A DNA stretch of 64,000 nucleotides, from positions 20,471 through 84,470 of the forward strand of contig JBBDXY010000002.1 in assembly GCA_040902085.1 (NCBI GenBank). Reading direction: 5' to 3'. The translations under genes were made by a program, and so were the position numbers. Origin of the DNA: Gemmatimonadaceae bacterium (lineage in GTDB: Bacteria > Gemmatimonadota > Gemmatimonadetes > Gemmatimonadales > Gemmatimonadaceae). Each line of letters begins with the position of its first letter. The first letter of the stretch is position 1. The notes under the pieces were generated by a model, which made no database searches, was not told the DNA's origin, and was given only the letters and a program-made list of their open reading frames with translations. Shown here piece after piece: positions 1 through 11,373 of the stretch.

Positions 1-1203
1 CCCTCTGTCACGCGGCGCGGCGCACCATTGGGGAGCGACATGCTCCAGATGCGTCCCACCGCCTGAAAAAGAAGAGTGCGCCCGTCCGGGGATATCGTCG
101 GCCAGCGGATTACGCGAGCGCGGAAAGTGTCACCCGTCTCGAGCGATTGCGGAAAGTGGACGGTGCGGGACAGCGGCACCTGCACGCGCGCGGTGAACGG
201 AATGTCCGTCGTCTGTTCGGTCCGCGCATCGATGGAGTGGATCCTTCCACCGTAGGCGATCACCATGCGTCGTGAGTCGGGAGTCCAGTCGAAGCCGGGA
301 AATGCGCCGTGGAGCGTCCACGTCTCCATCTGGTCGTGGTCCAACCCGTCGAACAGTGTGCGCTCGCTGCCGGTATCGAGGTCGCGCACCATGAGCACGG
401 TCTTGAGTCCGATGCGCCTCACGAAAGCGAGCGACTTCCCATCCGGAGAGGGCGTGGGGCGGACGGCGCCACCCGCACCACGGGTTATGGGAGTCGTGAC
501 ACCGGTTTGCCGGTCGTAGCGGACGATCTGAAAAATTCCGGCGTGCACGTTCCTGTTGTAACCGAAGGGCCCCGATTGATCGAAGTAGACGTAGCGTCCA
601 TCGGGAGAGACGGCCGGCTCATTCTTGTCGGCTTCGAATCCCTGACGCGCGACCAGCGTCGCGCCCTTTCCGCCGAGGACGTGATAGAGCCAGATCTCGC
701 CGCCGCCGAGCGACCTGGTGTCGGTGACGTGGCGCTTGACGACGATGTAGTCGCCGTCGGGACTCCAGTTGGGATTGGTGGGAAGAGTTTCCTTTTCCTT
801 CGTGATGGCGCGCGCGTTGGTGCCGCTGGGCGAGATCGTCCAGATGTTGTCAGCGCCGTCGCGGTCGCTGACGAAAGCGATGGCGTTGCCGCTCGGGCTC
901 CAGCGCGGGATGTGGTCCCACGCGGCCCCACTCGTGAGCCGCTCGGCTGTTCCGCCCCCTATTGCGACCTTATAGATGTCGCCGAGAAGATCGAACGCGA
1001 CCCAGCGCCCATCGGGGCTGACGTCGACGCTCATCCACGTTCCTTCCTTGGTCTCGAGATCGAGTGTGCGGTCGAAGCCAAGGCTCTTGTTGACGTCCCA
1101 CTTGTCGCTGGACGCCGGCGACGCGCTTGCCTGCTGGCCGGCAACGGTCGAAGACGAAATGGGGACGAACAGTGCGGCGATGATGAGGCAGGAAAGGCGC
1201 ATG
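1..1203 (-). CDS. Periplasmic PD40/TolB-like beta-propeller repeat protein, N-terminal part (gene continues beyond the left edge; absent from the ORF track because it has no stop in the window)
   Basis: My own minus-strand translation from ATG at 1203-1201 gives the signal peptide MRLSCLIIAALFVPISS. It is followed by repeated PD40-type motifs (SVDVSPDGRWVAFD, WSPSGNAIAFVSDRDG, SPDGRYVYF, SPDGKSLAFV). The frame stays open to position 1. The + ORF 309..1322 is its antisense shadow. Confidence 0.6.
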
Positions 1204-1280
1204 TGAGGGCGGTGGCCGGCGTTCGCGTTAGAAACCTGCCCGTAATTGAGTGTCCGAATGACGAGGGGGGAAGGTCCGCC

Positions 1281-1532
1281 TCAGTGCCCCTGCGCTGCGT
1301 AAAAATCGTGGATGCATTGTGATATCAGATTGTCGTACCACATCTCTCGAGCGGCAAAGGCCGAATCGACATCGGCCATGTACGATTTCCAGGTTTTCTT
1401 GACCAATGCCAGCACTCCCTCGGGCGGAACTCCCTTCCTGTGCGCGGTGGTGCAGAGAACCGTGAGGGTGTGCTGGACCGCGGGCGGCACTCCCGCGGTG
1501 TAGGAATCACCGGCGGCGACGAGCGCCTTCAC
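1281..1532 (-). CDS. Small hypothetical protein (83 aa, GTG start)
   Basis: ORF-track entry with protein-like composition, lying directly downstream of and co-directional with the sugar dehydrogenase. I recognised no family. Confidence 0.3.
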   Translation of the reverse strand: MKALVAAGDSYTAGVPPAVQHTLTVLCTTAHRKGVPPEGVLALVKKTWKSYMADVDSAFAAREMWYDNLISQCIHDFYAAQGH

Positions 1533-1589
1533 CAGATCGCGCGATAGATTCTCGAGAGCCGGATCGGCCGCTGAAGTCGCCAGAACCGG

Positions 1590-2774
1590 TCAGCTCCCGG
1601 CGACGATCTTGTCGATCGTCGTCACGCCGATGATGTACAGCTCGCCGTCGAAATCGACTCCGAACGATCGCGGACGATCGACCGCGGGTGTAATCGCCCA
1701 ATCCTTCTCGTCCACGACGGCGCCGCCGGACATTCGGAAGCTGCGGAGCCATCCGCCGCAATAGTCGGAGTACAGGTAATGGCCCTGCAGCCCGTCGATC
1801 GCTGTCCCCCGGTAGACGTAGCCTCCCGTTACGGAGCAGCTCCCGCCCGCGCGCGCGTAGTCGAGCGCCGGGAGTGTCAATCCCGTCTGAGTGCATCCCG
1901 TCGTACCGGGCGGGTAGCAGTTCATGCCTTCCATTATGGGCCAGCCGTAGTTGAGGCCGCCGGCGGTGTAAAGCTGGGCGTTCACCTCTTCGCGCGCGTT
2001 CTGCCCGACGTCGGCAATGTGGAGCATCTGCGTCGGCTCATCGATCGAGAACCGCCACGGATTCCTCAAGCCTTTTGCCCAGACTTCTCCCCGCCCGCCC
2101 CCGGCCGCGTATGGATTGTCCGCGGGAATCGCGTACGGGTCCCCGGTGTCGACATCGATGCGCAGCAACGAGCCGAGGAGTGCGTTGCGGTTTTGTGAGT
2201 TGCCCGCCGCGTCACTGGGGCTCCCGCCGTCACCGAGGCCGATGTATAGCATCCCGTCGGGGCCGAACGTCACGAGGCCGCCGTTGTGATTCTCATAGGT
2301 GGGATGCGGAATCTCGATTATCAGCTTCGATGTCGTGGGATCGGCGACCTCCGGGTTCGTCGCGGAAGTGGTGAACCGCTCGACGCGTATGTCTCCACTA
2401 ACATCCTCGGTGAAGCAGACGTAGAAGTATCTGTTGGTGGCATACTGCGGGTGGAACGCCACGCTGAACATTCCGCGCTCGCCTCCGCTCAGCACGCGAC
2501 TCCTGATGTCGAGGAACGAAGTCGCCTGGAGAACCCCGTTTTCGGCGATCTCGATCCTGCCCGACTGCATCACGACGAAAATGCGACCGTCGTCGAGCGC
2601 CTGCGCCAGGAAAATGGGACTCGAAAGTCCGGCGCCCGAGAGAAACGGTTCCAGCCGCAAGGTAAGGTTGGGCGGAAGCGGACCATCATCGTCATCGTCG
2701 ATGGGACCGGTCGAGTCGGAGCATGCGCCGAGAGCGAATGCGAGTAGAATGGGCCAAACAGCGTGACGGGACAT
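1590..2774 (-). CDS. PQQ-dependent sugar (glucose/sorbosone) dehydrogenase family lipoprotein
   Basis: I trimmed the 516-aa ORF to the internal ATG at 2774, giving MSRHAVWPILLAFALGAC (lipoprotein signal). The body shows beta-propeller sGDH-like motifs: HNGGLVTFGPDGMLYIGLGDGG, GLRNPWRFS, DVGQNAREEV, NYGWP. Confidence 0.8.
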   Translation of the reverse strand: MSRHAVWPILLAFALGACSDSTGPIDDDDDGPLPPNLTLRLEPFLSGAGLSSPIFLAQALDDGRIFVVMQSGRIEIAENGVLQATSFLDIRSRVLSGGERGMFSVAFHPQYATNRYFYVCFTEDVSGDIRVERFTTSATNPEVADPTTSKLIIEIPHPTYENHNGGLVTFGPDGMLYIGLGDGGSPSDAAGNSQNRNALLGSLLRIDVDTGDPYAIPADNPYAAGGGRGEVWAKGLRNPWRFSIDEPTQMLHIADVGQNAREEVNAQLYTAGGLNYGWPIMEGMNCYPPGTTGCTQTGLTLPALDYARAGGSCSVTGGYVYRGTAIDGLQGHYLYSDYCGGWLRSFRMSGGAVVDEKDWAITPAVDRPRSFGVDFDGELYIIGVTTIDKIVAGS

Positions 2775-2862
2775 AGCCCCCCCTGGGCGTAATAGGATTC
2801 GACGGTCGGACGATATAATTTCCGGCCACCTGAAACTCCCTTTCACAAATTGCGCCACGACA

Positions 2863-3801
<939 letters not shown>

Positions 3802-3850
3802 GCCGCGCTCACGCCGGCCTATCGGCATGTCTCGTGCAGACTTATAGGGC

Positions 3851-4375
3851 ATGGCACACTCCAAAAAACTCGACGAGCTCTACGATCTCATCCACGGAAT
3901 CGAGACGGCAATGTTCACCACGCGGCGTGGGAACGGACAGCTCGTCTCCCGCCCGATGGCGACGCAGGCGCGCATGGAGGATTGCGATCTCTGGTTCGTC
4001 ACCGATTCCGAGGCGCACAAGCTCGACGATCTCATGCTCGATCCGCACGTGAACTGCGCCTACTACAAGAACAAGACGGGAGAATGGGTTTCGGTGACGG
4101 GCGTGGCGCGCATCTCGAAGAACAGGAACAAGATCAGGCAGCTATACAAGGAAAACTGGAAGGAGTGGTTCGGCGATGAGGGCGGTGAGCGCGATGGCGG
4201 ACCCAACGATCCGCGCATCGCGCTCATTCTGGTGGACGCGGACTCAGCCACCTACATGAAGGTCAACAAAGCGCGGCCGAAGGTCTTGTTCGAAGCGCTG
4301 AGAAGTAAAGTGACGGGACACCGCCCCACCGCCGGAGAGATCCGCGAAGTGACGGGCGCGGAGCTGATGCCCTAG
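3851..4375 (+). CDS. Pyridoxamine 5'-phosphate oxidase-like / general stress protein 26 family protein
   Basis: Resembles YdaG/GSP26-type proteins: ETAMFTTRRGNGQLVSRPMA, DLWFVTDSEAHK, and a C-terminal KNRNKIRQLYKENWKEWF. Confidence 0.65.
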   Translation: MAHSKKLDELYDLIHGIETAMFTTRRGNGQLVSRPMATQARMEDCDLWFVTDSEAHKLDDLMLDPHVNCAYYKNKTGEWVSVTGVARISKNRNKIRQLYKENWKEWFGDEGGERDGGPNDPRIALILVDADSATYMKVNKARPKVLFEALRSKVTGHRPTAGEIREVTGAELMP

Positions 4376-4563
4376 AGGGCACCGATCTCGTCGTAGATCG
4401 TTTTCACCAGCAGCGGCTTCTTCCAGTACTCGACGTGCGCGATCAGGAGTGTCGTCGCCTCCTCGTCGCGCACGTTGTAGACGCGCTGCCTGATTCCTAT
4501 CAGAAAGGCTGCTACGTCACCTGACGTATAGGTCCAGCCGCCCGCTCGCCGTAGCCTCGACAC

Positions 4564-5067
4564 ATGGATAAACGAGCAGCAGGTTGCGGCGCGCTCTCCA
4601 TTGCAGCGACGGTGGCGAGTGTGACGAGCGCACCCTTGTCCGCGCAGACGCTTGCCCCATTGGCATACAGTCAATCCGTCTCGCGAGACTCGAGTGTCGA
4701 CAACGACTCCAGGATCGCGTTCCGACTCGTCACCGCAGCGGTAGTCGGTGCAGCCGGCGCGGCCGCCCTGGGCCGTATCGGGTACGAGCGCGATCGCAAT
4801 TGCCCGTCCTGTGGGGATCCTGATTCGCCCGGTTTCGTCGGAGCCGTGTTAGGTGTGCTCGCCGGTGGGACCATCGGCAGCGCGATCGGTGCCGCTTTGC
4901 CTCGCGGCCGGGGGCTATGTCATGGTGGTGAGCGCTTCGCCCGAACCCTTGGCGGCGCAACGCTTGGCTTGGCTGCGGGAATCGGCCTCTTCATGGTCCC
5001 GACCCTCGAAGGCGGATTCATCGTGACTATCCCGGTCGGCTCGGTGCTGTTCATGAGGAGGTGCTGA
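4564..5067 (+). CDS. Hypothetical Gly/Ala-rich secreted or membrane protein
   Basis: Has a signal-like N-terminus (ALSIAATVASVTSAPLSAQ) and glycine-zipper-like hydrophobic stretches. The start is uncertain. Confidence 0.4.
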   Translation: MDKRAAGCGALSIAATVASVTSAPLSAQTLAPLAYSQSVSRDSSVDNDSRIAFRLVTAAVVGAAGAAALGRIGYERDRNCPSCGDPDSPGFVGAVLGVLAGGTIGSAIGAALPRGRGLCHGGERFARTLGGATLGLAAGIGLFMVPTLEGGFIVTIPVGSVLFMRRC

Positions 5068-5568
5068 GTGCCCAGCGTGTTTGTTCGCAGTTCAGTGGCG
5101 ATTGCGATTCCGCTCCTGTTGTCGGGTTGTAACCTCGGCCGCTGTGACTACGAGTCCCGGTATCTCACGGCAATCGGAAGGGTGACCGAAGGAATTGCGG
5201 AGGTGGCTGCCGCGACTCTAACGGTCGGGGCGGTGCGCGGGGGTCTCAGGTGGAGAGACGTCGACTATCGCATCAGAGTTCCGCTCGAAGGACGCGTCAC
5301 CTCCGTGACACTCATTCTTCCTCAACAGCCTGCGCCACTCCGGCTGGACATGCCCGTCTATGAACAGATAACCCCCTTCGAGTACGCCGGCGGACTGAGC
5401 CAGCGAAAAGACGAGCAGGTCCCTGCCTTGGGGGGAATCTTCGAGATGGTCGCCGCCGGTGGTGCCGTGCTGGAGATCACAACCGATCTGCCTGCCCGGC
5501 CGTTGATCACCCTCCCGCTCACGATCACCGCGGTGCAGGACTGGTATCGATCCAACAACTGTTACTAG
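5068..5568 (+). CDS. Hypothetical lipoprotein
   Basis: GTG start directly after the previous stop. The lipobox-like sequence is AIAIPLLLSGC. No family recognised. Confidence 0.45.
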   Translation: MPSVFVRSSVAIAIPLLLSGCNLGRCDYESRYLTAIGRVTEGIAEVAAATLTVGAVRGGLRWRDVDYRIRVPLEGRVTSVTLILPQQPAPLRLDMPVYEQITPFEYAGGLSQRKDEQVPALGGIFEMVAAGGAVLEITTDLPARPLITLPLTITAVQDWYRSNNCY

Positions 5569-5687
5569 CGGGAGAAATCGCGCATTAGGCAGGGCTTTTC
5601 CGACATCTCTGCCATTTTGTCACGGCGCCCCTCCAAATAGGGGGACGCTTCGCGCATATTGGTCCAAGCCAATCCCGCAGCCCACCG

Positions 5688-6830
5688 ATGATCCCCGCAG
5701 CCACCCCCACCCCCACCCCCGCCTCAGCGCTCAAGCGCACCCCCCTTCACCACGTCCACGCCGCGCTCGGCGCCAAGCTGGTGCCGTTTGCGGGGTTCGA
5801 GATGCCGGTCCAATACCCGACCGGGATCACCGCCGAGCACCGGGCGGTGAGGGAAAAGGCGGGGCTGTTCGACGTCAGCCACATGGGCGAGTTCTTCGTG
5901 CGCGGGCCGCAGGCGGTGGAGTTCGCGAACCACGTGACCACCAACGACGTCGCCGCGCTCAAGCCGGGGCAGGCCCACTACTCCACCATCCTGCGCGAAG
6001 ATGGAACGACCGTCGACGACTGTCTCGTCTACCGCGAAGGCGATGGCGTGATGATGGTCGTGAACGGATCCAACATCGACAAGGACTTCACGCACCTGAG
6101 CGAGTACCTCCACCGCTTCGATGCGACGCTCGTGGATCGCAGCGACCAGATCGCGCTGCTCGCGCTCCAGGGACCCGACGCCGCGCGCATTCTGCAAAAA
6201 CACACCGACACCGATCTTTCGGCGATCAGGTACTACGAGTTCGTGACGGGCGACATCGCCGGAGTGCGGGATGTAGTGATCTCGCGCACGGGATACACGG
6301 GTGAGGATGGGGTCGAGCTCTACTTCGCCAGCGAGGGCGAAGCCGCGGAAACCATCTGGAAAGCGCTCACCGGCGCGGGGGAAGTGACACCAGCCGGGCT
6401 CGGTGCCCGCGATTCACTGCGGCTCGAGATGGGGATGGCGCTCTACGGCAACGACCTCGACGACACCACCACGCCGCTCGAGGCCGGGCTCGGCTGGCTG
6501 GTGAAAATGAAAAAGGGAGATTTCGTTGGCCGCGACGCGCTGGCGCGACAGAAAGAGCAGGGACTCAAGCGCAAGCTGGTGGGATTCACGACGGTGGAGC
6601 GGTCGTTTCCCCGTCACGGGTATCCCGTGTTCGCGAATGGTAAGCCAAGCGGTGAGATCCGCAGCGGAACGATGAGTCCCACGCTCGGCGTTCCCATCGG
6701 CACCGCGTACGTTCCCCCCGGGTCATCCGCCGAAGGATCGCCGCTCGAGATCGAGATCCGTGGCAAGCGGATTCCCGCGACAGTGCAGAAGATGCCGTTC
6801 TATAGAAACGGCAGCAGGCTCCAGGCTTAG
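5688..6830 (+). CDS. gcvT: Glycine cleavage system aminomethyltransferase T
   Basis: Typical GcvT sequence throughout: FAGFEMPVQY, EHRAVREKAGLFDVSHMGEF, GYTGEDGVEL, GLGARDSLRLEMG. Confidence 0.9.
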   Translation: MIPAATPTPTPASALKRTPLHHVHAALGAKLVPFAGFEMPVQYPTGITAEHRAVREKAGLFDVSHMGEFFVRGPQAVEFANHVTTNDVAALKPGQAHYSTILREDGTTVDDCLVYREGDGVMMVVNGSNIDKDFTHLSEYLHRFDATLVDRSDQIALLALQGPDAARILQKHTDTDLSAIRYYEFVTGDIAGVRDVVISRTGYTGEDGVELYFASEGEAAETIWKALTGAGEVTPAGLGARDSLRLEMGMALYGNDLDDTTTPLEAGLGWLVKMKKGDFVGRDALARQKEQGLKRKLVGFTTVERSFPRHGYPVFANGKPSGEIRSGTMSPTLGVPIGTAYVPPGSSAEGSPLEIEIRGKRIPATVQKMPFYRNGSRLQA

Positions 6831-6833
6831 CGC

Positions 6834-7328
6834 ATGCGACTGGCGATTCTCACCATCTCCGACTCCGTCGTGCGCGGTGAGCGGAAAGACGCATCGGGTG
6901 CGATGATCGCCGACTGGGCGCGCGCGCGGAAGCACGAGGTCGTTTCGACCGCTGCGTGTGCCGATGAGACGGTGGAGATAGTGCGCGCGCTGCTGCGCGC
7001 CTGTGACACGGAGAACGCCGAGCTGGTTCTCACCACCGGCGGCACGGGGCTGTCGGAGCGCGACGTCACGCCGGAAGCAACACGCGTGGTGATCGAGCGG
7101 GAGGCGGAAGGAATCGCCGAGCGCATCCGGGTCATGGCACTGCCGACGTTTTCGCGCGCGGCACTGGGACGCGGCGTGGCGGGAGTGCGCGGCAAGAGCC
7201 TGATCGTGAACCTGCCCGGCTCTCCGGGCGGCGTGAAGGACGGACTCGAGGCGCTCGATCCGATCGTCGTCCACGCCTGCGATGTATTGAGCGGCAAAGT
7301 GAAGGAGCACACGGGGGGAGGTGCGTGA
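6834..7328 (+). CDS. mog: Molybdopterin adenylyltransferase / MoaB-MogA family protein
   Basis: MoCF-biosynthesis fold motifs are present: [20 protein letters not shown] and [20 protein letters not shown]. Confidence 0.75.
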   Translation: MRLAILTISDSVVRGERKDASGAMIADWARARKHEVVSTAACADETVEIVRALLRACDTENAELVLTTGGTGLSERDVTPEATRVVIEREAEGIAERIRVMALPTFSRAALGRGVAGVRGKSLIVNLPGSPGGVKDGLEALDPIVVHACDVLSGKVKEHTGGGA

Positions 7329-8881
7329 AAGTTCTCATCACACTCACCGATGTCGAGCCGGCCGTGCGGCTCAACGCGCTGCTCGAAGCGAACGGCACCG
7401 CGACCGAGATGGTGTCTCCGCTCGACGATCTGCGTGGCGAGATCAAGCGCTTCAAGCCCGACCTCATCGTCCTCACCGGCGCCCTCGGCGAGGCGGGCAA
7501 CCTGCAGATCGTGCGCGACCAGCTGTGGACCGGTACGGCGGTGATCGGACTCGCCGATGTCGAAGACCAGGCGCTGCTGGAGCGACTCGGCGCCATGGGT
7601 TTCGTAGATGTATTCACGAAGCCCATCTCCGCCGACGAGCTGTTTCTCGCGGTGCGGCGCGTGCTCGACCGCAAGCGGCTCAGCGAGCTGACGGGACTGA
7701 TCGGACAGTCGGAGGCGATCAGCGAGGTGCTGCTCAAGATCGAGCAGATCGCGCCGGTGTCGAGCACCGTCATCATCGAGGGTGAGAGCGGAACGGGAAA
7801 AGAGCTGGCGGCGCAGGCGATACACCGATTGAGTCCGCGGCGCGGGAAGCCGTTCATCGCGGTGAACGCGGGCGCGCTGCCCGAGAGTCTGATCGAGAGC
7901 GAGCTGTTCGGTCACGAGAAGGGCGCGTTCACCGGCGCTGCCGAGCGGCGCATTGGACGGTTCGAGCTGGCGGACAAGGGCACGTTGTTTCTTGACGAGA
8001 TCGGGGAGATCCCGCCCTCGACGCAGGTGAAGCTGCTGCGCGTGCTGGAGGAGCGGCGTCTTACGCGCGTCGGCGGCACGACATCGATTCCAATCGACGT
8101 GCGCGTAGTGGCGGCGACCAATCGTCCGCTGCGCGAGCACGTGGAAGACGGACATTTCCGTCCCGATCTCTACTATCGGCTCAATGTCCTCAGCATCCAT
8201 CTGCAGCCGCTGCGCGAGCGGCGCGGCGACATCCCGCTCCTGGTGCGTCGCTTCATCGAGGAATTCTCTTCGCTGCACGGCCGGACCTTTCACGGGATCT
8301 CGGCGGAGGCGATGCAGATCCTGATGGATTATCCGTGGCCCGGCAACGTGCGCGAGCTGAGGAATCTGATCGAGAGCATGGTGGTCCTTTCTCCGGGACG
8401 GGAGATCGGCCCGGAGGACATTCCGCGTCAGATCAGGGCGGGCGGATCCGCGCGGTTTCTGCCGGTGCACGTCGGACCGGTGGTGCGCGCCGAGGGGCGC
8501 GAGCTGGAATTCCTGGTGAGGAGCCTGCTCGAGCTGCGGCTGCAGGTGGAGGAGCTGCGGCGGAGGATGGACGAAGAGGTGCGCGAGTCGCGCGCGTGGG
8601 TTGGTGAAGTGCAGTCGCCCGCGGCGCTCGCATCAGGTAGTGATGGAAAGGCGATCGCTACGGCGATCGAGCCGCCGAATCAGGAGCCCGCGCAAACGGT
8701 GGTGACTCTCAAGCCGGAGATGACGATGGCGGAGATCGAGCGGGCGGCGATCGAGGCGGCGCTGAGGAATACGCGCGGCAACCGGAGGAAAGCGGCGGAG
8801 ATTCTGGACATCGGCGAGCGCACGCTGTACCGGAAGCTGCGCGATTATGGGATCGACCCAGAGGATCGGATGAGGGCGTAG
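7325..8881 (+). CDS. Sigma-54-dependent Fis-family transcriptional activator with an atypical receiver-like N-terminal domain
   Basis: AAA+ Walker A GESGTGKE, sigma54-contact motif GAFTGA, and a C-terminal Fis-type HTH ([21 protein letters not shown]). The start overlaps the mog stop. Confidence 0.85.
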   Translation: MKVLITLTDVEPAVRLNALLEANGTATEMVSPLDDLRGEIKRFKPDLIVLTGALGEAGNLQIVRDQLWTGTAVIGLADVEDQALLERLGAMGFVDVFTKPISADELFLAVRRVLDRKRLSELTGLIGQSEAISEVLLKIEQIAPVSSTVIIEGESGTGKELAAQAIHRLSPRRGKPFIAVNAGALPESLIESELFGHEKGAFTGAAERRIGRFELADKGTLFLDEIGEIPPSTQVKLLRVLEERRLTRVGGTTSIPIDVRVVAATNRPLREHVEDGHFRPDLYYRLNVLSIHLQPLRERRGDIPLLVRRFIEEFSSLHGRTFHGISAEAMQILMDYPWPGNVRELRNLIESMVVLSPGREIGPEDIPRQIRAGGSARFLPVHVGPVVRAEGRELEFLVRSLLELRLQVEELRRRMDEEVRESRAWVGEVQSPAALASGSDGKAIATAIEPPNQEPAQTVVTLKPEMTMAEIERAAIEAALRNTRGNRRKAAEILDIGERTLYRKLRDYGIDPEDRMRA

Positions 8882-9028
8882 TCAGCCGTGATTATTGGGC
8901 TATTCTTGCGATTTTGGGAACGGCGGTAATCCTCAAACACACATTGTCAGCTACGTTGCCTCGCCCTCGAAAGTGCGTCCTAAACATGCGGGTATTCTGG
9001 CCCGCTGAGCGCCCAACGGCCGAGGACA

Positions 9029-11356
9029 ATGATCGACACGCACGACATGACGAAGCTGATTCGGCGACTCTCGTGGTTTGCCGCGTGCGCCCTGCTGGTA
9101 ATCGCGGCCACCGTCTCATCTCTTTACGTCCTGCAGGTCCGGACACTGCGTGACCTGGAGCAGGCGCGTGAATACGCGAGAATCGCTCGGAACGCTGCCG
9201 CATTGGCGACGGATCGTGAGACGAGCATCCGCGGCTACCTGCTCACCCGTGACGAAAAATCCCTGGTGCGGGATCTCGTCACCAAGACCCAGCTGCCGAA
9301 ATTGCTCGATTCCCTCGCAACGATGGCGGCAAGCGACAGAGTTCGCGTGGCCCGCCTGCGGCACGCAACCGATGCGCTCTCGAGGTGGGACCGGGAATTC
9401 GCCGAACCGGCGGAAAGCGGTCGTCTGACCGGAGCAGGCGCACCCCTCGCCGGAAAGCCGCTGTTCGACGTCGTGCGGGCACGCTTTGCCGCTGTCGTCA
9501 TCGCCGCCGACGCAAGATTCGCCCGCAGTACTGCGCGGGTGCGGCAGATCGAGATCGCGGGAGCGGCGGCTCTGCTCGGCGAGCTGCTGATATTCTTCGG
9601 GCTTCTCATCTATCTGATTCGCGGCCGGCTGGTCGCTCAGGCCGACGATCTCGCCCGCCAGCAGGAGCTGCTCGAGCAGCAGGCGGTGGAGCTGGAGCTC
9701 CAGGTGAACGAGACGGAATCGGCCAACGAATCCCTGGCGGAATCGCTGGCGGAGATCGAGCGCAAGGACGGGGAGCTGCGGAAGTCACTCACCGAGGCCC
9801 GGCAGCATGAAGAGAAATTGCGCCGCAGCGATGAGCGGTATCGCTACGTCGCCAAGGCCACCAACGACGTCGTCTACGAGTGGGACATCGAGACCAACAG
9901 CTTCGAGTGGAGCGAAGGCATGCGCGACCTGTTCGGGTACGCTGCGGAGGACGTCGGAAGCTCGCCCGAGTGGATCACCGGACTGGTGCATCCCGAAGAT
10001 GAGCCACGCATCAGCGGCACCTTTGCCGCTGCGTTCAGCAGCGGCGCGCACCGCTGGCAGCAGCCATATCGCCTGCGGCGGAAGGACGGAAAATATGCCT
10101 CGGTCGAGGGGCGCGCTTACATCATTCGCGGCGACGATGGCGCGCCACGGAAGGTGATCGGCGCCATAACCGACCGCTCGCCGCAGCAATCACTCGAGGA
10201 GCAGCTGCGGCAGTCGCAGAAGATGGACGCGGTGGGCCGACTGGCCGGTGGAGTGGCGCACGACTTCAACAACATCCTCACCGTGATCAGGATGTCGAGC
10301 GAGTTCCTGCTCGAGGATCTGCCCGACGCCAGCGAGAGCCGCCACGAAGCCAACGAGATACTGAGGGCGTCGGATCGGGCTGCCGCGCTGACGCGGCAGC
10401 TGCTCGCCTTCAGCCGACACCAGGTGCTCAACCCGCGCATCATCGTGCTCAATGACGTGGTCGACGGGATTCAGAGCATGGTCAAGCGGGTCGTCCCGGA
10501 GAACATCGCCGTCAATACCGAGCTCGCGGCGCAGCTCGATCCGATCAAGGCGGACACGGGACAGATCGAGCAGGTGATCGTGAACCTGGTGATCAATGCG
10601 GCGGACGCGATGCCCAACGGGGGCCGGCTCGACATCCGGACGTCGAACGTCGAAGTCGACGCCGCCTTCAGCGCCTCCCACCTCGGCGTCGAGCCGGGGA
10701 GCTATGTGTGTCTCACCGTCAGCGACACCGGCCACGGGATGGACAAGGAGACGGTGACCAGGATCTTCGAGCCGTTCTTCACGACCAAGCCGGTGGGGAA
10801 GGGAACGGGCCTCGGGCTGGCGACGGTGCACGGCATCGTCACCCAGAGCGGCGGGAAGATCTGGGTTTACAGCGAGCCGGGGCACGGCACGACGTTCAAG
10901 ATCTTTCTGCCGCGGAGCGAGGAGGTCGCGCGGCCGATTACCCCGCGCTCGGCGAGAAAGCTGCGCCCGGCGACGGAGACGATCCTGCTGGTGGAGGACG
11001 AGGAGTCGACACGCGAGGCGGTCGAGCGCAGTCTCACCCGCGCCGGCTACAAGGTGCTTTTGGCGAGCAATGGTGTTGAAGCGCTCGAGATCGCTGGAAA
11101 GAACGGGAAGAAGATCGCTCTGGTGCTGACCGACAGCATGATGCCGGAGATGGGCGGGCTCGAGCTGGTGGCGCGGCTGAGAGAGACCCGTCCCGAGATA
11201 CGGGTGCTGATGATGTCGGGGTACACCGAGCAGACGAGCGCCTCGCGGTTCGGGATCTCCGAGCAGCCGTTCATCGAGAAGCCGTTCGCGGCGGCGGACC
11301 TGCTGGCGGCGGTGCAGCGCGTGCTGCACGGCGAGAAGGCCGCGCCGGCGGCGTAG
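9029..11356 (+). CDS. Hybrid sensor histidine kinase (CHASE3-like sensor, PAS, HisKA, HATPase_c, C-terminal receiver)
   Basis: After an N-terminal TM helix comes ETSIRGYLLTRDE (CHASE3-like). Then a coiled coil, a PAS domain (YRYVAKATNDVVYEWD), the H-box GGVAHDFNNILT, the G-box GTGLGLA, and a REC domain (ILLVEDEE...LVLTDSMMPEMGG). Confidence 0.8.
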   Translation: MIDTHDMTKLIRRLSWFAACALLVIAATVSSLYVLQVRTLRDLEQAREYARIARNAAALATDRETSIRGYLLTRDEKSLVRDLVTKTQLPKLLDSLATMAASDRVRVARLRHATDALSRWDREFAEPAESGRLTGAGAPLAGKPLFDVVRARFAAVVIAADARFARSTARVRQIEIAGAAALLGELLIFFGLLIYLIRGRLVAQADDLARQQELLEQQAVELELQVNETESANESLAESLAEIERKDGELRKSLTEARQHEEKLRRSDERYRYVAKATNDVVYEWDIETNSFEWSEGMRDLFGYAAEDVGSSPEWITGLVHPEDEPRISGTFAAAFSSGAHRWQQPYRLRRKDGKYASVEGRAYIIRGDDGAPRKVIGAITDRSPQQSLEEQLRQSQKMDAVGRLAGGVAHDFNNILTVIRMSSEFLLEDLPDASESRHEANEILRASDRAAALTRQLLAFSRHQVLNPRIIVLNDVVDGIQSMVKRVVPENIAVNTELAAQLDPIKADTGQIEQVIVNLVINAADAMPNGGRLDIRTSNVEVDAAFSASHLGVEPGSYVCLTVSDTGHGMDKETVTRIFEPFFTTKPVGKGTGLGLATVHGIVTQSGGKIWVYSEPGHGTTFKIFLPRSEEVARPITPRSARKLRPATETILLVEDEESTREAVERSLTRAGYKVLLASNGVEALEIAGKNGKKIALVLTDSMMPEMGGLELVARLRETRPEIRVLMMSGYTEQTSASRFGISEQPFIEKPFAAADLLAAVQRVLHGEKAAPAA

Positions 11357-11373
11357 CTCCGCCAGCCCAACTG

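Noticed and set aside
309-1322. Long + strand ORF (337 aa) and other long ORFs antisense to confident genes. Examples: 2850..4052 +, 6827..8470 -, 10190..11329 -, 35167..36213 +, 40971..41939 -, 44365..45687 -, 54009..55121 -, 56946..58097 +.
   Set aside because: Their translations are Arg/Ala/Pro/Gly-rich and lack motifs. Each lies opposite a gene with clear family signatures. This is the typical stop-codon-poor antisense frame of high-GC DNA.
4372-4674. Minus-strand 100-aa ORF whose C-terminus (RVYNVRDEEATTLLIAHVEYWKKP) faintly resembles a ParE/RelE-type toxin.
   Set aside because: The N-terminal two thirds are Arg/Cys-rich nonsense and overlap the + ORF at 4564. No antitoxin ORF is present. 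At best it is a gene remnant, so I did not call it.
5569-5687. Possible glycine riboswitch in the leader of gcvT.
   Set aside because: I could not find the conserved aptamer elements (the GGAGAG...CACCG...GGGGCAA-type cores). Only a small generic hairpin (GGCAG...CTGCC) is present. An Infernal/Rfam scan would settle it.
8893-8912. Sigma-54-like promoter TTGGGCTATTCTTGCG upstream of the CHASE3 kinase, next to the sigma54 activator gene.
   Set aside because: The GG-to-GC spacing is off by one relative to TGGCAC-N5-TTGC, and the -24 element is poor.
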